64,000 nt of DNA, taken from a virus (Duplodnaviria; Caudoviricetes). This document shows positions 25,269-34,600 of this stretch, piece by piece. The first letter of the stretch is position 1, and each line of letters opens with the position of its first letter. The notes under the pieces are model-generated. The model did not search any database, was not told where the DNA came from, and saw only the letters and a program-made list of their open reading frames with translations. Where the stretch lies: IMG/VR virus record IMGVR_UViG_3300037462_000487, positions 1 to 64,000 of that record; one strand, written 5' to 3'. A program made the translations under genes and the position numbers.

Positions 25269-26771
25269 ATGAGTGGTAAGCCTGTGTCCTGGGGACAAAA
25301 ACTTACGTCGAAAGATTATGAACTGATGATGCAGGGGGACACCCCCATTAGTGCGCCGATCAGCCTGGCAGGCGAACACGCGCTGACCGGGTTGAATCAG
25401 AACCTGTCTGAAATGGTGACGCAGCGGATCACGGTTAAGATTAACGGGCGGATGGTTGATCGTGAAATCGTGGTGCGTCCTGCCGATCAGATGTCGCTGA
25501 CGGCGACGCTGTTTTTCAATAACAACTTTGAAACGCCGGCGCTGGCCCGCGCTCGCAGTAGTCGCCGGGCAGTTGGCACGACGCTGTATGCGGTTAACCT
25601 GTGCCCGACTGATCCCAAGACGAAGCACGCTTACATCTTCCCGGACGGGATTATGAACCCGCCGGCGCGTGTCAACGACGCGGTGACGATTAACGAAACC
25701 ACGATGGCGGAATGGCAGACTGAAATCCGTTTCTCGGAAGAAGTTCTGCTGCGTGAAATCGGCGCGTTTAAGAACAAAGGCACCGGCAGCGCTCTGTACG
25801 CAGTGGCGTACATGTCGGAAGAATGCCAGACGGCTACCAGCAGCACGATGTACAGCGATGCGGTGGCAGTGGGTGGCGCTGGTGGTGTTGGGGATGAAGT
25901 GCTGGTGCTGGTTACGTCAAACCGCTTCGCAACTACGACTGCCAAAACCTCACTCCCGTCTCCGGCAGGAACGGTGGGTACGTCGGTTTACACCAATGGT
26001 AATGTCGTGCTGATTGGTTTCTCGGATAAAGCTAAATCGACTTATGGTTCGGGTGCTTCCAGCGATCCCGCGACGGGTGGTGTGTTGTTCAGCGCCGATG
26101 CGCTGGAAACTACGCCGGCAGTTGATGCCAATATCACGCCGTCGATCATGGCGGTTGGCGAGTTTGGCGGGCAGTACCTGGCGGCTGGTGGTGCGGGTCT
26201 GGGTGCGGCGTATCTGGCTCGCAGCACTGACGGCGTTAACTGGACGCAGGTTACTTCCGGTGCGCTGCCGGCTGACGAAGCGATTACCGATTTTGCGGTA
26301 GACGCGCTGGCAGGTAAGCTGTACCTGGTGACGGAAGCCGGCAGTCTGCTGCTCGGTCAGGAAAGCGGCGGCACGCTGGTGATTACCGACATCACCGCTT
26401 CGCTGCCGGCAGGAGCCACCGCGCTGTACACCGCCAAAGCCTTTGGCAAAAATCACATTGCCGTAGGTGGCGCAGGCAACTACTACGCCGAAACTGTCGA
26501 TGGCGTGACCTGGACTTCGCCGGCTGTTCCCGGCAGCGCGGCAATCTTCGACATCGAAGGTACTGCGCATCGCAGCGTGCTGGCGACGGGTTCGCGGGTG
26601 TACGTGCGGGATGTGATGACGGGCTTCAACTACACTGCGGTAGCTAACCAGAATGGCGCTACGTTTGGCACCTTTAGCGGGCTGGCTATGGCGGAATACA
26701 ATCACTACCTGGCTGTCACCGCAACGGGTGAGGCTGCCAGCGTGACTCACTTCAGCCCCTACGATATTTAA
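25269..26771 (+). CDS. Putative major tail (tube) protein with C-terminal beta-propeller
   Basis: AAGGAG RBS, strong codon bias, followed by a terminator and chaperone/TMP genes; Asp-box-like repeats RSTDGVNWT and ETVDGVTWT. Confidence 0.65.
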   Translation: MSGKPVSWGQKLTSKDYELMMQGDTPISAPISLAGEHALTGLNQNLSEMVTQRITVKINGRMVDREIVVRPADQMSLTATLFFNNNFETPALARARSSRRAVGTTLYAVNLCPTDPKTKHAYIFPDGIMNPPARVNDAVTINETTMAEWQTEIRFSEEVLLREIGAFKNKGTGSALYAVAYMSEECQTATSSTMYSDAVAVGGAGGVGDEVLVLVTSNRFATTTAKTSLPSPAGTVGTSVYTNGNVVLIGFSDKAKSTYGSGASSDPATGGVLFSADALETTPAVDANITPSIMAVGEFGGQYLAAGGAGLGAAYLARSTDGVNWTQVTSGALPADEAITDFAVDALAGKLYLVTEAGSLLLGQESGGTLVITDITASLPAGATALYTAKAFGKNHIAVGGAGNYYAETVDGVTWTSPAVPGSAAIFDIEGTAHRSVLATGSRVYVRDVMTGFNYTAVANQNGATFGTFSGLAMAEYNHYLAVTATGEAASVTHFSPYDI

Positions 26772-26793
26772 GTTAGTTCAGTAAGACAAAAGT

Positions 26794-26832
26794 AAAGGCA
26801 CTCTTGACAGAGTGCCTTTTTTGTGTTATACT
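26794..26832 (+). terminator. Terminator hairpin overlapping a sigma70 promoter
   Basis: AAAGGCACTC-TTGACA-GAGTGCCTTT-TTT; TTGACA(26804)-17-TATACT(26827). Confidence 0.8.
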
Positions 26833-26871
26833 TTGTTGTAGTGAATCGTGACAATCAATGAGAGACGGGCT

Positions 26872-27489
26872 ATGGCTAAAAAAGATATGGATTACCCGAA
26901 CACTTCGACGGTGATTATTGATCGGGAACTGCAACACCCGGAAAACCCGGAAGTGACGCTGCGTTTTACTGGCGATCTGGAATTTCTGCTGTCAGATGTG
27001 GAAGACTATGCTGCCAAGCTGCGTGAAGGTCGGCGTATTCCGCAAAATACTGACACCATTATGCCCGATGACTGGATTCTGGAAGCGATTGAAAGTCTGC
27101 CGGAAATCCAGAAACTGCCTAAAATCACCCGTACCGAAGCCACCGCTCGCAATAAAACCATTCTGGAGCTTGCCCGCAGCTACTATACACAGCAGGAGCG
27201 CGTGGTGATGTCAGATGCGCTTATTCTGGCGCTGACGATTGACAACGATCTAACCGAAGAACCGTCGCCGTATGAAAAGTCTAAAATGCGGGCGCGTCCA
27301 GGGCTGCCGACGCTGCCGGAAATTCAGCGTGATCTGACTAATCCGGTAGAACGCCGTCTGAAGCAGGTAATGGATCGGCTGCTGCAAATTCCGGGAGCGC
27401 TCGGTCAGGTGCGCGACATGACGGATACGCTGACGGTGGAAATGAGGTCGCTGATGCAGCGCGACCGCGACGGCTTTCGCAACCGATGA
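26872..27489 (+). CDS. Putative tail assembly chaperone (gpG-like)
   Basis: Position between tail tube and TMP; start set at ATG 26872. Confidence 0.6.
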   Translation: MAKKDMDYPNTSTVIIDRELQHPENPEVTLRFTGDLEFLLSDVEDYAAKLREGRRIPQNTDTIMPDDWILEAIESLPEIQKLPKITRTEATARNKTILELARSYYTQQERVVMSDALILALTIDNDLTEEPSPYEKSKMRARPGLPTLPEIQRDLTNPVERRLKQVMDRLLQIPGALGQVRDMTDTLTVEMRSLMQRDRDGFRNR

Positions 27490-27553
27490 TTTAACTGAGA
27501 TTGCCATTAAGCAGTACAGCCCGACGGTTTTTTCGCGCAAACACGAGCGTGAC

Positions 27554-27883
27554 TTGCCGGTGTGGTTTGTTTATAACGAATTAATGACATTTCTCAAACA
27601 GGCGGCAAAATCCAGTCAGGTCTGGGAGCAGTATTTAGTTGAGCTTCAGGGGCCAGATACCATTCAATCTGCGCCCCGACGCTACAATGATTTAAACATG
27701 ATTTTAGAGTTACGTATTCCGCTGCATGAATGGGACAATCCACATCTTTACACTCCGCGTCGGCAGGCTGAAATTCGAGCGCAGCGCTACCTCAAAGCAA
27801 TGGTCGATTTTGTCGAGCGCCATTACGAAAAACAGGATAAAGCCTTAAAAGACGCAGCAGCAAAGGGTTCCGCTAATGGCTAA
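27554..27883 (+). CDS. Putative tail chaperone extension (gpT-like)
   Basis: Frame open from 27455, overlapping the previous gene end; no clear RBS. Confidence 0.55.
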   Translation: MPVWFVYNELMTFLKQAAKSSQVWEQYLVELQGPDTIQSAPRRYNDLNMILELRIPLHEWDNPHLYTPRRQAEIRAQRYLKAMVDFVERHYEKQDKALKDAAAKGSANG

Positions 27884-28598
27884 TCGGTTTATTCAATTTA
27901 AAGGTAGAACTTTCAGTAAAGACGAGTTTGAAAACCTGATTGGCGACTCTTTACGGCAAGACATCGAAGCTCACGTCGATGCTGCCGTTGATGCGGTTGT
28001 AGATGCTTTTGCTCAGCTTAAAAAAGACATGATTGCCGGCAGCGCCGCCGGCCGTGCACCCGGAGCCAAAACACAACGCGAACCGGGATTTAAGCATCTG
28101 GGATTGGCCCTTACTCCCCGACAGGAAACTATTAAAATCGGGCGGTATCGTGGGCGTATTCGCTCGGTAGTTGAAGTAGAGATTACATCACTGAAAACTG
28201 ATGAAAATAACGCCTTTAACGCTATGGATCGCGGAATACCCGGCCGCCAGGGGAAAAGATCGGTTATTGGAACCCATCAAAACTATATGCGTTTTCCGCG
28301 TTATGAAGGTACTACTCTGACTCGCACCGGCACCAGTCTGACGGTTACTCCAATTAAAATGGGAAAAGATCGAGTCAAAGCGAAAACTAACCGTCAAGGT
28401 CGTGTTATTGACGATTGGGTGACGGTGCGTACCGTGCAGCCAGTTGCTCCGTTCAGACTATTTGAACGGCTGCGTCACGCTGCCCGCAAACAATTACGGG
28501 AAGTGTTTGCCGGTACGTCTTCCGCGCAATGGCTGCCAGAACGTTTAAAAACAGGGGTAGCTGATGTTAAAATAACTGTTCAGGATCGTGAGGATTAA
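27876..28598 (+). CDS. Hypothetical basic tail-associated protein
   Basis: 240-aa ORF overlapping the previous gene, directly before TMP. Confidence 0.65.
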   Translation: MANRFIQFKGRTFSKDEFENLIGDSLRQDIEAHVDAAVDAVVDAFAQLKKDMIAGSAAGRAPGAKTQREPGFKHLGLALTPRQETIKIGRYRGRIRSVVEVEITSLKTDENNAFNAMDRGIPGRQGKRSVIGTHQNYMRFPRYEGTTLTRTGTSLTVTPIKMGKDRVKAKTNRQGRVIDDWVTVRTVQPVAPFRLFERLRHAARKQLREVFAGTSSAQWLPERLKTGVADVKITVQDRED

Positions 28599-28600
28599 CT

Positions 28601-31600
28601 ATGGCGGATGTTAGAATTGCCACCGGCTTACCCGACGATCTGGTTAACAGTTTAAATGCGCTGTCAACTACTCTGACGGCAATTGATTCACAGCTTACGA
28701 AAAACATTGCGCATATGAAGGCAGTCAACGCTGCCTTTACCAACAGCAATTCAGTTAAAAACTTAATTGACAGCCTGAAACAATTTACTAAAGTTGAAAC
28801 TGATCCGATTAAAACCGTCAGTGCAGTTTTACTGGAATTATTTGAATCGCTGAAGAAAGTCAATGCTCTTTCCGGGCCAGTCAAAAACAGCATTAACGCA
28901 ATGGCTTCCTTTATGCGGGCGCTGGCGCTGGTTGCCAAGCATCTCGAACAGCTAAAAACAACCGATGCAGCCGGATCACTGACAGTTGTGTCTACCATTG
29001 TTACCGGCTTGTCGCAGTTTATTAGAGGTATTGAAGCGCTGGATTTTAGCAAAATAAAACCGCTGCGCTCTACCATTAATGCTGTTTCGGATATTGTCAA
29101 TGCGATTGTTCGGGTAATGGTAACGCAGGTAACTGAATTAAAAACAAACAATCTGCCGCTTTTAATTGAATCTTTTGGTGCACTTATTCAGGCGTTTTCT
29201 AATAAAATAACCATTGATAAACGTGTTTTTAATGCGTTTGCCGGACTTAAAAAATTACAAGACATTGACTTTAGCAAAACAATTGACTCAATAAATCGTA
29301 TGGTAACTCAGTTGTTAACACTGGATCAAAAAATTCCTGCAACGCTAGATACAAAAAACTTAAAAAACAAGTTAAAAAGTATTATTCCGACTATTATTTG
29401 GGTCTCGCGCAGCTTTTTTAATTTTAGTAAACAGTTGACTGGTTCTCGCTTATCTATAAAAACACAGGAAATTTTAAAGAATTTTTTTGAAATAACTAAA
29501 GCAGTTACAAGGGTGTTTAGCACTATTGCAAATTTACAAAATGTAATGAATAGTCTTAAAAGTGTAACTAAAGTAAATACCTACGGTTTGTCTGATTTTA
29601 TCAAATCGCTGGCAGACAATAAAGATACCAGTTTACTCGGTATTTTTAAAAATGCTGGAAAAAGTTTTGCTTCTTTTTCACTTTCCAGTTTAAACAAAAT
29701 TTTTACGTCAAAATTTGTTGAGCTTGTGCCTATTTTTGAGGCTTTAAAATATATTTTTAACGAAATAGGTAAATTGATGGGGGGTGTAACTAACTTTAAA
29801 GGCATAGAAAAGTTACATGAAATTGCAACAGCAGTTGCCTCTCTGGTAAAAACAGTACCTTTATATTTACAATTATCACGATCTAAAGAAATTACCCCCG
29901 GTATCCTGGCTCAATTGTCACGTCGATTTAGGATTTTGCCGCGACTTTTTGGCGTTATTCGGCAAATTGTGTTTTCATTTGCCCGTATGACAGGTCGAGC
30001 TATCGACATACGTGGTATGGAAAATTTACCTAAAATTGCCGAAGCTATTCAAGCGCTGGTAAAAGCGGTTCCCGTGTTGTTAAAAACCATAAAATCAGAT
30101 ATAGGCCCTGGCCCAATTAACTTTGCAGTTAGATCAATGCTTTTAATTCCCCGACTTATGGGTGTTATCCGCCAGGTTGTGCGGGGTATTGCTCGCATTG
30201 TTGGTAAAAGCCTTGACATTGAAGGCATTAAAAGCTTACCCGCTATTGCGCAGGCTGTAGCCAGGGTGGTAAGAACAGTACCGCTGGTGATTTCGGCTGC
30301 TCGACAGCTAAACCCAGGCCCTATTGGATACGCCAAAAGAACGTTGTTGCAAATACCACGTTTTTTTGGAGTTTTTTCTCAGATAACTAAATCTTTAAAC
30401 AAAGTAACCGGGCGAGTGACTGATCTAGAAAAAACCAAAGCTGTTGTTAATTTGGTAAAAGATATTGTTGCTTTAACTCGTCTGGCTTCGGTAGAAAACG
30501 CGACTATCGGGGATTTTCGTAATTTTCAGAGAGCCACTAAAGAGATAGTTAATTCCCTTGATGCTATTAATCGGGTACGCATAGACCAAAGTACTGCCTT
30601 AACGGTTAAACATATAGAAATTTTACAACAAAAACTTAAACAAACTGAACACAGTCAAATTAGCCTGGCCGAAACTTCTGAAGTATCAATGACACGACTC
30701 AACAGAGCATTTGTAGTGCTGGCAGACAATTCTCCCCTTTTAGCGGTGCTGGCAACGTATAGTTTAAAACTAGTTGGCTTAAAAAAGCAAGTTTTAGAAA
30801 CAATGCGAGTTGTTGGCAACTCGCTGCGTCAGATGGGTGAAGATATTGTTACAGCCTCTCAAACCATTTTTAATAACTTTTCTATTAACAAAATTATCAA
30901 TTCTAGCGGAGCAGCCGAAGCCTTAGAATTTGACGATATTCGGCAACAAATTAAAGTATTTGCATCCGAACTGACAACTCAACTTCCAGCGGTAGAAGAA
31001 TTTGCTAATTTTATTGGGCAAAAATACCCTCTGTCTTCTAACGAAGCGTTGCAGGCTACACTTGAACTGGCAAAAGCCGGACAAAGCTTTGCGGCTATTA
31101 AGAATATTTTACCCAATGCGGCAGACTTAGCTGGATTGAGCGAAACCAAAGATTTAAAAACCAGCACCAACTTCTTAATTGCCGCCGCCGGGCAATACAA
31201 ACAGTTTAGTGAAACAGTTGCCGGTGGCTTTCAAAATTCAGCGTTTGCGGCTGATGCTGTGTTTAATGCAGCTAACATGTCTACCGCGGGGATTAACTCC
31301 CTGATGGAAGGTTTGACGCGAGTTGGGCCGGCAGCTAACAACTTCGGAGCGTCTTTGGATGAAGTTGTTATTACCCTGAGTCGTTTAGAAGATGCGGGTA
31401 TTCGCGGCAGCGATGCCGGTACCGCTTTACGCGCGGTATTCACCGGAATTAGCAATGCAAAAGGGCAGAAAGAGCTTAAAAGACTAGGCGTAGCTTTCCA
31501 AAACGTCGATGGCTCTATTCGTAACTTAGGCGATATTATTGCCGACGTTCAACGGCGATACAAAGAATTAGGCTATTCACAGGCAGATATTTTAAAGTCT

Positions 31601-34600
31601 ACTTCGCAATTTGGTGACGAACTTGCTCGTACCGGGTTCAATATTTTACGCAACTCTAAAGATATAACGCAGGGAGTAACTGAATTAAACGCAGCTATTG
31701 CTGGTGGCAGCACCGCAAGCATTGCTATGACTAACGTAATGAGTTCGCTTAAAGGCATTATTGAACAAATTCGTGGTTCTGTTTCTACCCTGTTAACTAA
31801 AGTATTTTTGCCAATTTTTGACCGGTTTGTTAAACCCCTTGCTACGGCAGTTCTGGCGCTTGTTAACAGCTTACTGGAACTTCCCGACAGCGTACTGGAA
31901 ACGGTTGGGTTCTTTATTGCCTTTGCTGCGGCAGCGGCAACGTTGCTGGCAACTTTGATGCTAGTCGTCGGTGCAATTACTACGCTTTCAGGCTTTGTAT
32001 TAAGTGCAGCCGGAACAATTGGTTTGTTAATGAGTAATCTTTACTTAATGGCGGGATCATTGTTTGGTTTATTTTCCTCAGTTATCATCTTGATACCTGT
32101 TCTTACTACCTTAATCACTGTGTTTACGGGATTAAGCTATTCTGTAACTCGTGTTTTTCGCTTAATCGAAGACGCAACAACGCATTCAAATAAATCTTTT
32201 ATTGCGTTTCAAACAGCAGTTAGTACGACATTCAGTGAATTACAAAGAATCTTTAAACTGGTACAGGCTGTGTTTATTGCTTTTGTGCGTTCTATGACTG
32301 AATTTAATTCAACAACGCAGGATTTACAGTTAGCCGGAGTTTTTGATCGAGTTACCAACTCAATTACTAACTTAAACAATAATCTTAAAAAAATTGACTT
32401 AAATACTGTTGTTAATGCTGTAAAACAATTATCAATTTATCTTAAACCCCTGTTCTCCGGGGCAGCTAACGCTGGCGCAGGGCTTTTTTCCATTATTCTG
32501 GGTGACTTTGAGGGGGGTGTACAAACATTAGAAAAAGGGCTTTCTTCAATTGGCTTAGCGTTCTCGCGTTTTTTGTCAGACTTTGCCGGATTTGACTTAA
32601 CTAAAGCGTTAATTTACTTTGAAAGTAACGATCTGAACAAGGGTGTACAATTCTTTGTAGAAGAATTTTTAGGGTCTATTCGTAATGCTATTGACAATAA
32701 TGCTGAAGCACTAACAGCAGTTGGTGCCAAAATTCTTAATTTTTTTAATCCGCTGAAAAGTTTTTCCCAGTTAACCGGGCTTCTGGGGTTTAACAATTTA
32801 AGTTTGCAGTTAAATGAACTGGCAGTTAATGTTGAAAACGGATTCCGCGTTATTATCTCTGTAATTATTGAATTTATCCGTGGCACTAAAGATGCCAGCG
32901 AAATTTTAGGCACCTTTTTTGGCAGCATTGGTACCGCTGTTGGTAATCTATTAGAAGCACTGTATGGCATTGCTGTCTCGATTGGCGATGTTTTTACTTC
33001 TATTTTTAGCGTATTCAACCGCGGCATTGCTACCACACCAGAGCAACAGGCAAGTGTAGAAGAAACAGTTAACTGGTATGACGGCATTGTAAAAATTATT
33101 GATAATGTGACTGGTGTTTTAAACACACTTAATACTGACGTTATTCAGGTTTTTGCTCGCAATGTGCCTTTGATTTTAAATAAAGTAGCTACCTTTATTC
33201 AGGGAATATTAGACTACTTTTCTACGGCTATTAACAGTATCCCGGTAATACTGGGTGTTGTTGTTAATTTTTTAAAACAACTTGTTGGGGTGTTTAGCGG
33301 AGAAATTAATATATCGCAGGCTATTAATGACTTTTTGACTAATTTACAAATTTCTTTGTCTTCGATTAGCTTAATTTTAGGTGCGTTTTTCGAGCGACTT
33401 GGGGTAGATATACAAAGCAACACTATTTATATGCTGTCAAAAGCTTTTAATGAACAAGACTTTGGGCAAATAATTCTTAAAGTTCTGCTATTTGTCCCAG
33501 AACTCTTGTACGAAGGATTTAGCAAAGTCTTTGACGAACTGCTTAAATTGTTCCCCAACCGCATTGCCGGAGCAATTGCTATTGCGAGTATTGCAGTGTT
33601 AGCAGGAGCGGTTAGCATCCTTGCCTTCAACACTCTGCCGTTAATCGTTACCAGCGCAGTCGGTATTTTACAATCACTGCTGCTTCCTCCCATCACTGCA
33701 CTCGGTAGACTATTGGGTTTTACTCTGGCGGGGAGTATTCCAACTGGCTTTTTGGTAGCGGCGGCGGCTGTTGTCGGTGTGTTGGGGGTAGCAATTGCTG
33801 CACTTGTCAATTCTGCAATCAGCGGCCCCACCAAAAACATCATCGAAAGGGCCGGAAAAACAGCGGGAACTACTTTTACCAATGCCGCGGAAGCTGAAGC
33901 TAAAAAATTTAAAACCAAATTTACGGGTATTGTTGAAGATGCTATGACTTCAAGCGAAGTTCTTGCTCAACAACGCAATCCGGTAAACATCTTAAACGCA
34001 CTGCTCCCCGCGGATAACATGATAACGCAATTTACCAGCCGCTTAAGCGATGTTATTGCCGTTGTTAAAGGTGTGTTAGAGCAGGTTCTGAATCAAATTT
34101 TTGGAGAAGGTACATTTTTTATTAAACCCTTTATTGCTGTTCTCGAACTCCCTTTTAACGCAATTGCAGCCGCTATATCCTTAATTATTCCTTTAATAAA
34201 AAATCTGATATTGTTTATCGTGCAGGCGTTACAGGTTGTTACCGCAATTGTTAATCAACTCATTAAAATCGGGTTAGGTGTTATTTCGGGTGTTTTTAAA
34301 ACAATTGAAATAGCAATCAAGACTGTTACCGGATTGCTCATTAGTTTACCGCAGCCTGTAAAAGATGCAGCGTTAGCTTTTACGCTGCTGGCTGCTGCCA
34401 TTAAGCTGGTAGGCAAATCAGTCAATACGGCTGGCGGCATGTTTAAAGCAAGCGCAATCTTAATAATTTTCCAGGCGTTTGTGTCGCTGCTGCGTGGCTT
34501 AGATGATATGTTTAAAAATGGGTTAATTAGTGGTATCCTCACTTTCTTTGAAGATTTTACCGGCGCATTACTCAATTTCTTCTCCCCGATTGTGGGTACC

